Assembly (NCBI GenBank): GCA_964016885.1
Contig: OZ024742.1
Coordinates: 99,572,001-99,636,000, forward strand
Length of the DNA: 64,000 bases
Reading direction: 5' to 3'
Origin: Eledone cirrhosa
Taxonomy: Eukaryota
In this document: positions 13,047-27,349 of the stretch, one piece after another
How the letters are laid out: each line of letters opens with the position of its first letter
Numbering within the stretch: position 1 is the first letter of the stretch
Notes under the pieces: generated by a model
Database searches by the model: none
Told to the model about the DNA's origin: nothing
Seen by the model: only the letters and a program-made list of their open reading frames with translations
Translations under genes and position numbers: made by a program

Positions 13047-13825
13047 GTGCTCTATATTCCGATGTTTAGTAAACATATATTAGATAGAATCATACCGCAA
13101 CTTAAAGAAATATCTTACTTAAAACTATGGAATGGTACTAATGAAGTTATAGATTGGTTCAATAACATAAAATATAAGCATAACAAAAAATTAATTCAAT
13201 TGGATATTGCAAATTACTACTCATCTATCACTCCTAATTTACTTAATAAAGCCCTTATCTACGCATCTAATATACAGATTTATCTACTGATGAAATGCAT
13301 ATCATTTTAACTGCACAGAAAACCTTAATTAAATTCAACAACCATCTTTGGACCAGAGCAGATAGAGATAATAATTTCGATATCATTATGGGGTCATCAG
13401 ACTCGGCGCAAATAACAGATCTTGTGGCTTTTTTTTTTTATTAACAATACATTACATAGAAACTACCGGAGTTGACCGGTGGTTTATATCGTGATGATAT
13501 GCTGCTGGTAATTGAAAATAATAATAATTGTGAAATCAATAGAAAAAGAAAATCAATAATACAATTTTTTTAATAGCTATAATCTTAAGTTAGAAATAGA
13601 GAATAATTATAAAATTGTTAACTTTTTAGACGTAACATTAAACCTTAATACTGGGCTATACTATCCATTCCATAAAATTAATGAGAACTTAAACTATGTT
13701 AGCTTCAACTCTAATCATCCTAGATCCGTTAAGAACACTAACGTATTTCTCGAATCTCAGCGAATAAAAATATATTTGAAGATAAGGCACAATATTATAA
13801 CGAAGCTTTAAGTAGAGCAGACTAT

Positions 13826-13925
13826 AATAATTGTTTCTACTTTTGGCACAAGGCCAGCAATTACCCAGTACATTACTGGTAGTTTATTTTATCGACCCCG
13901 TAAGGATGAAAGGCAAAGTTAACCT
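13826..13925 (-). mobile_element. 5'-truncated SINE family 1 inserted in the PLE ORF
   Basis: SINE 3' half; TSD ctataataat at 13822-13831 and 13924-13933. Confidence 0.9.
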
Positions 13926-16309
13926 ATAATAATAAAAATTAAATACATCGATAATAATAATAAGGCAATTAACCATAATATTAACCATAATTTAATTATA
14001 ATTATAATAAGAAACCTAGCATAAACTCTAAAACTAACAGAAGGAATAGAACTAGAAACATAATCTGGTATGCTCCTCGATTTTCACTAAGTATTAAAAC
14101 ACCTTTAGCTAAACTATTTTTTAAAGCTCTTGATAAATGTTTTCCCAAGGCTCATAGATATTATTTAATCTTTATCAGACATACAATTAAACTATCTTAC
14201 TCTACTACTATGAACCTAGCACAAAATATAAATAGAATCAATAATAGAAATCTAAACCTTAACCAGAATAGCACTAATAACTCTAGCAATATCCAATATA
14301 ATAATACTGTTCCGAATAATAAAAAAACTCTGATAAATGTAATTGTAGAATTAAATCTAACTGTTCTTTAAAAAATAACTGTTTAGTTAAAAATGTGGTC
14401 TATAAGTGCAATGTCAAAACAAATGATAATATTTTTAACTATGTTGGCTCAACTTCTATAGACTTTAAATCTCGTTTCAATAACCATAAATGATCGTTTA
14501 ATAATATTGGTAAAAAATCTTCAACTTCTCTATCCAACTTGATATGGAACTTAAAATCCAAAAATAGAGATTATTCTTTATCTTGGAATATAATTGCAGA
14601 GCACCTGCTTACTATAACACAGCTTTATCCAAATTTTGCAATTTGCGTGTTGAAGAAATTTTCTTCATACTTAAATGTAAGAACTCCATTAATTTACGAA
14701 ACAATTTATTTAGTTCTTGTAAACATCGCCAAAACTCAACTTTTAGATCTATATATAAAATATAATTACACGTTTAATCTTCTCTACATAATGTTTACAT
14801 TATCCAAACACTTATAATCTCATTTCTTAAATTATATGCATATATGTTCATAAATATTCTAAACATTTAAATTTAAATTTAATGTAATTCTAATTTTAAT
14901 ATCTTTTACTTCTTAAATATATATAATTTAGTTCTTAAATCGTTACTTTTTAATATTTTTACTTCTTAAATATCTTCATTTTTATCTTTATTTATCTTAC
15001 TTCCAAAATATCTCATAATCTTTTTAGAAAATCACTTAAATTTTTCTTTTAAAATTACTTATTTCCCAAAAAACTATTTTTTGGGTCACCTTAATATTTT
15101 TAATATATTGTTTAGAATTTTTCAAATATTTTTAAATATTTTTAAATATTTTAAAGTATTTTTAAATATTTCTCAATATTTCTTTATATTTTTGAATAAT
15201 TTTAGGTTTTTAATTATATTTCCTGAATAATTTTAGGTTTTTAATTAATTTTAAACACTTTTTAATTTTTTTAAAAAGGTTTTTGAGTATCTTCGGAGTC
15301 TTTTTGAGATCTTTTAAAAAATCTCTTGGGAAGTATTTCCAGGAATTTTCAAGAATTTTGTCTAGAATTGTTAATATTGTATAGTCTTAATGTTTAAATG
15401 GTTTTAGTATTTTCTTATACTTTTAATTAATTTTTTTATTTTTTTTTATTTTTTTTATTATTTAATATTAGAGTTATCACCAATAACTAACTCTGGCTTA
15501 ATATATCTTTAAACATATCTTTGTCAAAATGATCTCATAATAACTAATAAATGAACAAAACTGGGATTTTCAATATTTTTCCAATGTAAAACATTAAAAT
15601 ATGTAAGTAATCTTATTGACTCAGTTAATTTAATTTAATTTAATTTAATTTAAATACTTACACTAAATATAAACTAGTATCCCTCATAATTTATCATCTA
15701 TAACATGATATACCCCTCTATCCACTCATATATCTATCCTTATATCTACATTTTATCCTATGCTTCTACTTCATATTTATTTAAATCTATTTTTAATATA
15801 TTTTAATATAATTTGATATATTTTAATATATTTTAATATATTTTAATATATCTTTATTTTTAATATATCTTTATTGTTTCTATATATTTAATTTTCTATA
15901 TACTTATAATAGTAAATCAATATTTATTATAATAGAATTCTAACAATTATTAGTAAATATACGTAACATATATATGTAACATAAACATAAGACTTATTTA
16001 CGTTATATGAACTCATCCTCGGATAAGCTTCTTTCTCCGTTCTTTCTTCACTTTATTTCTTCACTCTACTTCTACATATACTAATATTTTATTTTATTTT
16101 ATTTTCTCTCTCTTCTTTTTTTTCTCTCTCTTCTTCCCACAGTGTAATTTAAATAAACGGTTGTTATTTTTCAATTTTTCGGATATTCATTTGCATAGTC
16201 ACACAGAACTTTGAATTACCATCAATAACATTTTTCACTATCCAGCGAATTTTCAACCGTCAAGGTTGATTTCCACGGTTATGTCAATATTTATGAAACA
16301 AATTTTGCA

Positions 16310-16360
16310 TTTTATCTGATGAAAGCGCACTTGGTTGCCCTTGAAATATATGTAATAAAA
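16310..16360 (+). ncRNA. Minimal hammerhead ribozyme motif (PLE family A)
   Basis: TTTTAT CTGATGA aagcgcac ttg gttgccctt GAA A tatatg T A ATAAAA. Confidence 0.75.
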
Positions 16361-16437
16361 TAATTATGGTTTTATAAATATAGTTTCCATTTATTAATAT
16401 AGTGTATGTATATATGTACATAAATATATATATACAA

Positions 16438-16497
<60 letters not shown>

Positions 16498-16834
16498 CTG
16501 CGGCCACTTCCGCTTTGTATCCTTTTTTTAATTTAAATTGGTCTTCCTTTCTTTGTGTCATAAGATCACGTCTACCTGCCAACACTCATCTCCTTCTCCT
16601 GCTCCTCCTCTCTGAATCTTTTTTTGTTTTATCTGCCGGTCACCCACCACACAACTTTACCGAGTGCAGGCCACTGTTTTCTGTCTTTTGAGGTATATTT
16701 GCACAACTTTCTTGCTGTCACTGACGGCATTTGGCTGTTTTACTAGCTATTCTCCCGTTGAGCTTTCGAACTATGTCTATCAATTTCAAAATGGTATAAG
16801 CATGAATGTTTTATAGACATTAATTACTTCGCTT

Positions 16835-17023
16835 AGGGCGGTGAATTAGCAGTATCGGTAGAGGGTTGGACGCCATGATTTCTAGCATAGTTACGTCCCT
16901 TTACAGTCCGAGTTCAAATCCCGCCGAGGTTAATTTTGCCTTTCATCCTTACGGAGTCGATAAAATAAAGTACTAGTAATGTACTGGCTAATTGCTGGCC
17001 TTGTGCCTAAAGTAGAAACAATT
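16835..17023 (+). mobile_element. SINE family 1, full length
   Basis: TSD attaattacttcgct at 16819-16833 and 17021-17035. Confidence 0.93.
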
Positions 17024-17159
17024 AATTACTTCGCTAAATTTCATCAAGACCTCGTCATGTTTCGTGATCTGTTTTGTTCACAACAGTCAATTCTAATACT
17101 ATATATGTTTCTGGGTGTGAGTATATGTTTGTGTATTATTATTCAAATTACTGAAACCA

Positions 17160-17310
17160 GTAGGTTTCAGTAATTTGATTGCAGCCATGCTGGGGTAGAA
17201 CTTAAAGGGATGTAATCACTCATATTGACCGCAGTACTTGTTTTTCACATCTGGTACTTATTTTGTCGATCTCTTTTTGTCGAGTCGTTTGGTTACAGGA
17301 TATAAATACA
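17160..17310 (-). mobile_element. Degraded SINE (family 3); related pieces at about 26850-26960 and 50675-50800
   Basis: gtttcagt..tgcagccatgctgg..ggtacttattttgtcgatctc pattern shared among copies; recognised from memory as a common octopus repeat. Confidence 0.55.
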
Positions 17311-17355
17311 TACAAGGAGACCCACACACCCACACACACCCACACCCACACATGC

Positions 17356-17406
<51 letters not shown>

Positions 17407-19512
17407 CATCAGGCTTCTATAGTTTCCGACTCTCATGTTTCACTCACAAGCCGTTGACCATCCCGTGTCTATACTGAAGCGTGTTTGCGTAATGTGACAT
17501 AATCCTTGGAATTAAACTGAAACAGCATTGTTGCGAAGTTAAATCTTTAACCACACTACCATAAGTGAGTGCAATCATACATACATTTTCCATTAAAACC
17601 AATTTCTATTGTATATTGTAATTCTAAGATAAACATTCTTTTATGTTTATCATTTTATACCTCTCACTATAACTAATATCCTATTCGCTTGTAGACTAAG
17701 TTCTATACTGCTTTCAAGGCTTCGCAAACAATTTATACTTCATCTTTTTTTTTTTTTTTTACGTTATTACATTTCTTTTATATTATCATAATTTCCCCTT
17801 GAACATTTATTCATTAGCTATTTCTCAAAACCTACCGCCTTAAAATTCCCCCTCTAAATTTCTCACATCTATCAATATATAGATTTTCTGTAAATACATT
17901 GTTTACCAATACATATGATTTTTTATTCTCTTACACTACATGTAATTTGTCTGAACGAAAGAAATTCAATATTAATATTGTCAAGCAATACATACGCCTT
18001 TTAAAATAAATATTACTACTGTTTTCATATTCCAAATTGCTTTTAGTAACAACTGGTATTTATAAACAAACGTTTGGATCTGAAATGATCATATTTCAGA
18101 TAAGGTTGTTTTTTTTTCTAAACTGTGTATTATTTCTTCTTCATAATTCGTTTGAACTATTACAACTCTTTGTACGGAAATTAAGAAACGTATTTCTACA
18201 TAATACATTGAATTTTATATTGGCATAGAGACTTAAGTACCTCTCCAGATATTCCTACATTTTCCAGCAAAGACATTTTGTAATATCATATATGAAAGAT
18301 TTATAATTAAACAAAATATAAATAAAAAATTCTAAAGAGAAATACAACGCACGCCAAAGCTATGATAACCAGAGTTAACGGCGTTGACAATTATGTCAGT
18401 TACAATTAAGTGCCTGATACTTCACTTAAGCACATGGGACATACATTTATGATGGAGTGTATTTCATCAACTCGAGGCCGGGAAACAAAGTACCAGTCCA
18501 GTACTAGGGTTGATTTGTCCTCCATATGACTTTCTCACTTCCTTTCTATCTCTGTCCTTTTCCTTTTCTGGGAGAAACAGGTTGTGTACAGAGCTGGAGA
18601 CGGAGCGGCTCGGCCAGGGTTAAAATGCCCCTACTATAGCAGTAGGAGTTACAGATCAATATATATATTTCTTGATTATGTACACAAACACACCTCACAC
18701 ATGTACACACAGCATTACCCCTCCCATACGTCGGTGTGTGCGTATTTGCTTTAAAATGTTTATCTGCTTACGGTAAAAGCAGAAATTGTTGGCTTAACCT
18801 TTTAATCTGTGTAAATAATTAATATTTGTCCAACGGGTTTATATATACTTATATATTTCCAACACTTATTGAGTCCTCACCGGATTTTGGTCTTTGTGAT
18901 TTTTATTAAAAATTCACACAAACACACAGACACACACACACACATATATACATATATACATACACAAATATACATACACAAACGTACATACACACTCATA
19001 TATAATCATTGAGTATACCGACAGAAATTGCGATAAACATACACATCCACATATACATAGACGCACACCTACCTGCATGCATGCTGACATACAATATTCC
19101 CCGTAAATTTGACAAAAGATGTCTACATCTTAACACAATATAGAAGGTATCACACAGATATCATATACAATATTAACATATTAATACACTTTTTACACAG
19201 AAATATATAGACCTGAATGATGATGTATATATCGATATATCAAATTTTACATGTCTATACCAATCAAATTAGACCTGTTTTTAATCAAAAGGCAGTAACT
19301 TCCGCCAACATCATTTATCCCGAAAATGAGGTTATGAAACCATAGAAACTATGGATATAATAAAAACGCATTGCAACAAATGCAAATGAAACTGATAAGT
19401 TTAAAATGAAGGCTAAGGCTAGCCATTATTAGTGTTTCAAATACGCAAAACGCGTGTGCACGCACACATACGCACGCACACGCACTCACACACACGTATC
19501 AATATATATATA

Positions 19513-20079
19513 AATGTATGTATAGTATATTTGGCAATATACCGTATGTTTAATTAAAAACATTTCGAAGACCATACGCTATCGGTTTTAAAGTAGTGAC
19601 TATGTCACTTACATCTTTTCGGTGAAAGAAGGAAGAGAAGCTGACAGTCTGGTTGGCGTTCATCAGAGCCACGTACTACCTTGCTTTCGCCGAAAATTAT
19701 AGAAGCTGGATTCTTATAGAATTCCAGTAATAATCAGGAGCTGATTATACAGAGCGATTGCCGGTCCCGCAAAAATTAGATATTAGAATTGATGATCTGA
19801 AATAGCGATGTATACATGAACGTATGTATAGTATATTCGGCAATATACCGTATGTTTAATTACAAACATTTAGAAGACAACACGCTATCAGTTTTAAAGT
19901 AGAGAACCAGCGTAAACCACACTGTCAGTTTCTCTCCCTTCTTTCACCGAAAAGAAGTAAGTACTTTAAAACTGATAGCGTATGGTCTCCTAAATGTTTT
20001 AAATTAAACATACGGTATATTGCTAAATATACTATACATACATTCATGTATCCATCGCTATTTCAGAGCATCAATCCTA

Positions 20080-20085
<6 letters not shown>
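19513..20085. repeat. Inverted repeat element (arms about 19513-19648 and 19921-20045) with an internal direct copy at 19780-19880
   Basis: Arms are reverse complements by eye; flanked by (TA)n. Confidence 0.8.
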
Positions 20086-20110
<25 letters not shown>

Positions 20111-20120
20111 ATGTATATAT

Positions 20121-20310
20121 ATAATTGTTTCTACTTTTGGCACAAGGCCAGCAATTACGCAGTGTATTACTGGTACTTTATTTTATCGACCCTGTAAGGA
20201 TGAAAGGCAAAGTCAACCTCGGCGGGATTTGAACTCAGATCGTAAAGGGAGGTAACTATGCTGGAAAGCATGGCGCCCGACACTCTACCGATACTGCCAA
20301 CCCATCGCCC
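20121..20310 (-). mobile_element. SINE family 1, full length
   Basis: Reverse complement of the consensus. Confidence 0.92.
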
Positions 20311-20338
20311 TTGAATATATAATATATAATCCGTATAA

Positions 20339-20375
<37 letters not shown>

Positions 20376-20379
20376 AATG

Positions 20380-21518
<1,139 letters not shown>

Positions 21519-21536
21519 ATATATATATATATTTAT

Positions 21537-21734
21537 ATTATTATTATGTAATAAACAACATAAGGCAATTATTCCATTTACCAGTGGTTTCTTAAAAGCA
21601 AAAGATTTTGCTTTCAATCCTCAGAATGAAAAATGGATTTTTCATTCTGAGGATTGAATGCAAAACCTTTTGCTTTTAAGAAACCACTGGTAAATGGAAT
21701 AATTGCCTTATGTTGTTTATTACATAATAATAAT
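21537..21734. repeat. Near-perfect 198-bp palindrome with a 2-nt loop
   Basis: Arms 21537-21634 and 21637-21734 are reverse complements with about 2 mismatches. Confidence 0.95.
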
Positions 21735-21815
21735 AATTAAGCTCTGTTGCATACATAGAGCACTCTTTTTTCCTGGACTTTTCCGATGGAATTACTTCAT
21801 TTACACATATATATT

Positions 21816-21930
<115 letters not shown>

Positions 21931-21941
21931 GTATATATATT

Positions 21942-22464
21942 AATGTAAATCTGCACTTTTCGAATATTTCTAGTAATATTCGATTAGTTTGCAACTAAGC
22001 AAACAGCCTCTTTAAGTCATATAATTAAAATGACCTCGTCATTCTTGTTCTCGTGTTGGCATGTAAACAGACCGGGAGACACTAATCTTTCTGGGTGATT
22101 ACCCATCATCATTACCGTATACTGCTTACGTGCCAACTGTCAGAGCTAGTGAAAATATATGATACACTCTGTAATATACAGTGACTGATTGGATTGATTT
22201 GCATATTAGCAGACTGTCTGATCAGTTAGATCTGCATATTAGCAAGCCCATTGATCAGCCAGATTTGCATATCACCAGATAGACCAGTCAATTTCATGTA
22301 TACGAGCGATTGAAGTCGGGCTTTCCCATATCCAACAGTTCATATGCCAACACAAGAGTAAGAATGACGAAGTCATCCTACTTACATGGCTTAAAGAGGC
22401 TGTTTGCATAATTGCAAACCAATCGAATATTATTATTAATATTCGAAAAGCTCAGATTTACATT
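21942..22464. repeat. Inverted repeat element (about 125-bp arms) with internal 33-bp tandem repeats
   Basis: aatgtaaatctg..gtgttggcat versus atgccaacac..cagatttacatt. Confidence 0.8.
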
Positions 22465-22650
22465 TCTTGTATTCAGCCATATAGAGCGATAAAACTATTT
22501 GTTAGATAGATTGACAATAAGAACTGCAGCTTTTTGCGTAACTTTATTTTATATTACAATTGTATCTATATCGATCAGCTCGGGTTTGATCAGGCGATCG
22601 GTTCCCGACTCTTAATTGACACTTCTTCAGATATGAGTGTTTCCATGAAT

Positions 22651-22966
<316 letters not shown>

Positions 22967-23372
22967 ATATATATATATATATATGCATATATCCACATAC
23001 ACAAACATAAACATAACGTACGGTATAACAGTACTTATATAAACATACCCGTTCACAGATGTATAGAGCACTCATACCTACATGCATACTTGTATGCATA
23101 CATATATACTTATAGGCAGTGAAACATACAGAGGAGGAGAGGAAGGGCATCGGATAGAGACGAAGAATGAATGAGAGAGACATAGATGCAAGGATGGAGA
23201 ATGAATGAGACTTGCATATCTATGAAGGGAGTCAGTCATACAGAGAATCACTGAGAGATTGAGAGAGAGAGAGAATCAAGTAAGACAATGAGACGTACAG
23301 AATACGAAAGAAAAGGATAGAGAAATCTTAGAGATTACTGTTAGTTCAAGACATTTCAGATAGAAATGGAGT

Positions 23373-23432
23373 GGAGTGCGAAGGACTGGAGTGCGAAGGA
23401 CTGGAGTGCGAAGGACTGGAGTGCGAAGGACT
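23373..23432. repeat. 15-bp tandem repeat (GGAGTGCGAAGGACT) x4
   Basis: Four perfect adjacent units. Confidence 0.95.
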
Positions 23433-23737
23433 GGGTCGGCTAGTCAAAAGAGATAACAATTTGCCATTATTGGCACTAATTCTTCGGTTCAACAAACAAA
23501 TTAACTACTTTTCAGAACTCTTCCAGTTTATGTCAATAAAATAAGATTTCAGCATGTTAAGTTGTTGCTTCATTTTCCACAGCCATTCCAATGAGGGGAC
23601 GGGGTTTTGGTGTTATGGAAAATTATATAATACATGCATATCTCTCTTATATATTGTGATGTATTAATTAAGCGCATATGATATGTGTTTCCATGTGCGC
23701 ATATGTGACTGAGCCTGTATTTGTGCATCCTTCTCTT

Positions 23738-23780
<43 letters not shown>

Positions 23781-23879
23781 GAAATTCTATTTAAATTGTT
23801 GGGATACAACAAGCAAATATTTTTATAACTGATATAAAGCACTCAACAAATAATTGGAGTAAAAATACCATATTAACTA

Positions 23880-24060
23880 TCCGGGAGCTTCCAGCAGTAA
23901 TGGTTGCATTCTTTAAGGGTATGTCAATATTTATTTATAAAACTGCTCTATATTATATTTTATCTGATGAAAGCACACCATAATTTAACTTGGTGTCCTT
24001 GAAATATGTATAATGAAATAAATATGGTTTTATAAATATAGTTTCCATTTGTTAATATCG
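23880..24060 (+). mobile_element. PLE family A pLTR fragment with hammerhead (23958-24018)
   Basis: Homologous to 16281-16400 and 37610-37800; TTTTAT CTGATGA aagcacacc..ggtgtcctt GAA A tatgta T A ATGAAA. Confidence 0.85.
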
Positions 24061-24704
24061 TATATATATATATATAAGCAAGTTTGTTTTGAAACAGCGA
24101 ACGAGTTTGAAAATAGTAACTGACGCTTTCGTCGTACATTTGACTAAAAAAATTTTAGCCAGATAGCGGAGTTTAGAAATCTCTAAGAAATGGAAATGGA
24201 TGAGTTTTGACGTACATGTACGTTGTATATATATATATATATATATTCAACAGCTATATCCGAGTTCGTATCTAGCGGGCGAAATGCCCGGAGCTTAGCC
24301 GTCGGGGTCCTGACTCTTTTCCTATACCCACTCTACTACACTAAGAAATGAGTACTCTGGTGCGGTATGGTCCACCTGGTATCTTAGCATACACTCTTTG
24401 TTAGTTAGATAGATAGATAGATAGATAGATAGATGAAGGATGCATGTTTGAAACGCAGTGAGCGGAGTTTAGAATTGAAATTTAAATAGAAGCTTCGCCG
24501 TTATATTTTTTACTATATAATATAGTCTATTAATGGGGCGTATATTCCCACTGAACAGAAAAAGATGGGTATCAGCACGCATATAGGATGAGGGAGATGT
24601 ATCTATTTACAGTTTCGATTCCCACCACGCATTACTTTGCTATTATAGCCGAGGTATTACCAATAACTTCCGACGGAAATTTAGTAGATATATATATGTA
24701 TATA

Positions 24705-26706
24705 TAAACACAAATAGTAGAAAGGAAAAAGATTCTTTCAGTACAAAATGTTGAAGAGATTTCTTTCAGTGATATATCAAAACATTAATTTATTTACAAT
24801 ATCGGTTTCAGCATTAAATGCATTGTCAATTGCGGATATGCAGAATATTGTTAAGTTGTATATGTGTACAAATGGTGATAATAGTAATAATAATGATGAA
24901 GGCAATGAAAATAAAATATAAAGGCGAAGAAAAGAAATTAATTTCCACATTAATAGAAATTAATTCATTCAGAGAAGTCATTTCTCTGTCCGTCCTACTC
25001 TGCTTATAGCTTGGTTCTGACAGGTAGAAGGGGAGGGGAGAGGAGAAGAGGAAGGGGAAAGTTGGCAGGTTGCTGTTTGTAGCCCTTTGAGGAGTGGATA
25101 CAAGTTCCAGATGGTATTGGTTTGAAAGCCGGGTGACCTTAGAGTTGACCAATCTAGTAGAGGGATCGGAGTTCCACTTCAAGCAAGTATAGCACTTTAC
25201 AATGAAACACAATTTCACATGTGCATCAGAAAATCTGATCTATGTATTAACCTGCTCAGGTTGTCGAGAGCAGACCAAAATTAGGACAGACCAAAAACAG
25301 CGTCCGCCAACGTATGACCGTGCATATATACCAAACCAAAATACGGGAATACAGAAAGATAGCACTAAGTGAACACATCGTGACCTGTGCATCTTAATGA
25401 ACAACCCGATTTTAGAATTTTTCCCATCTACAAATGTAAAGACAACGCTTCCTACATCCAGCGCATTAGCAAGGAATCACAATTTATCGCCAAATACGAA
25501 CCCCTTCAAAATGTTTCAACTTCGGACTAAACTAAAACTGGCACACTTTAAAATCAACACCCTATACAAATTAACCCTTTGGCAATGTACCCTCCTCCAA
25601 GATTCCAGCAACCTCTGACAACTATATTATGCAGACCATGCAACCACATAGAAACACCCAAATCATCTACCCCTGGAGGACTTCCACGAAGATAATCGGA
25701 TAAATGGAAGGATTCAGGTCTCAGACTAATTGCTTTACATCCCCCTGAATCTGGAAATTTCTGCTGAAGATAGAATGGCATTCCAATGGCTCTGAACCCC
25801 TTTTTGTGACAACATTTTCTCCATTCCCCTAAATCTGAAATTTCTGCTAGGGATGAAATTAGTAGTTCAATAACTCTGAAGCTTCTTTGTGGCAAAAAAA
25901 CAAGGATAATGCTGATGTTTTCTGCTAAAAAAAAATACCAAGATAGATGTGTCGAGAAACAATCACCTTTACCCCCCCCCCCCCCCCCCCCCCCGTAACT
26001 TCTGCTATGGGTGGAATCAGTATCTCAATAACTCTTAATCTTCTTTGTGGCAAAAAAAACAAGGTCAATGCTGATGATTTCTTCCAAGAAAAAATACCAA
26101 GATATATGTTTTTAGAAGCAATCAACCCCCCCCCCCCCCCGGTCAACTCTAAGGTCACCCGGCCTTTCAAACCAATCCCAGCTGGAACTTGTAACCACTC
26201 TTCAAAGGGCTACACACAGCATCCTGCCAACACCCCGCTTTCCTCTTCTCCCCTCCTGTCTCTCCTTCTACCTGTCACAACCAAGCTATAAGCAGAGTAG
26301 GACGGACAAAGAAATGACTTCTCTGAATGAGCCTGTATGTGAAAATTAATTTATTTTCTTCCTCATTTTATTTTATTTTCATTGCCTTCATCATTATTAT
26401 TAATTATTATTACTATTATCAGTAAATCCCACCGAGGTTAACTTTGCCTTTCATCCTTACGGGGTCGATAAAATAAAGTACCAGTAATGTACTGTTTAAT
26501 TGCTGGCCTTGTGCCAAAAGTAGAAACAATTATTACTATTATCACTATTTGTACAAATATGCAACTTAACAATATTCTGCATATCCACAATTGACAATGT
26601 ATTTAATGCTGAAACGGGTATTGTAAATAAATTATATATCTCACCGAAAAAAATCTCTTCAATATTTTGTACTGAAGGAATTATTTTCCTTTCTACTATT
26701 TGTTTA
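24705..26706 (+). mobile_element. 5'-truncated Penelope-like element (family C) with long inverted pLTR arms
   Basis: 25150-25510 translates NFTCASENLIYVLTCSGC..GQTKNSVRQRMTVH..LSEH..KESQFIAKYEP (GIY-YIG). Arms 24705-25150 and 26141-26706 are reverse complements; decayed hammerheads at 24796-24833 and 26587-26624. Confidence 0.88.
26424..26532 (+). mobile_element. 5'-truncated SINE family 1 in the right arm of the PLE
   Basis: TSD attattactattatca at 26406-26421 and 26529-26544; absent from the left arm. Confidence 0.9.
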
Positions 26707-27157
26707 CATACATATTACTTTTCTACATTTGCAGTAACTCCAAGTTGCATCCCTAGATATATATATATATATATATTTATTTATTTATGTAAGCGACTAT
26801 GTGTGTCTGTGTGTACTCCTATTATTTATTTATGTCCCAAAACTTTGAGGCTCTACAAAAAGACCTGAAAATAAGTACTAAATTAGATATGATAGATTAA
26901 ATAAATCCTTCCGAAAGTATGTGCTTCCGCATGGAGGTAGTCTTATTACTGAAACTGTTAAAATATTATATATATAGTAGGGGTGTATCTTAAATCATAT
27001 TCTATTTGTTTATATACAATGAGTGACTCACTATCAGAGAAAAATATTTTCGAAAATTTTACGGAAATTTGTTTGTCTATTCTGTTGTGACCAAGCCAGA
27101 GTTGCAGTTGAGAATGCAGGAGAGCACTGTTTCAAGTTTCATTAATATCTCATAAGT

Positions 27158-27349
27158 AGGGCGGTGAATTGGCAGTATCGGTAGATGGTCGGTTGCCATG
27201 CTTTGTGGCATTGAGTTACGGCCCTTGCCATTCTGAGTTCAAATCCCGCCGAGGTTAACTTTGCCTTTCATCCTTACGGTGTCGATAAAATAAAGTACCA
27301 GTAATACACTGGGTAATTGCTGTCCTTGTGCCAAAAGTAGAAGCAATTA
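27158..27349 (+). mobile_element. SINE family 1, full length
   Basis: 17-bp TSD attaatatctcataagt at 27141-27157 and 27346-27362. Confidence 0.94.

Larger units (their letters stand above)
13066..16400 (+). mobile_element. 5'-truncated, degraded Penelope-like element (RT + GIY-YIG + AT-rich 3' region + hammerhead pLTR)
   Basis: RT motifs IQLDIANYYSSI, FDIIMGSSDSAQITDLV, GLYRDDML and VNFLDVTLNL. GIY-YIG region CNCRIKSNC..NVVYKC..YVGSTSIDFKSRFNNHK at about 14340-14730. Hammerhead at 16310-16360. Confidence 0.92.

Noticed and set aside
23373-23432. CRISPR-like repeat
   Set aside because: No spacers; a simple minisatellite in eukaryotic DNA.
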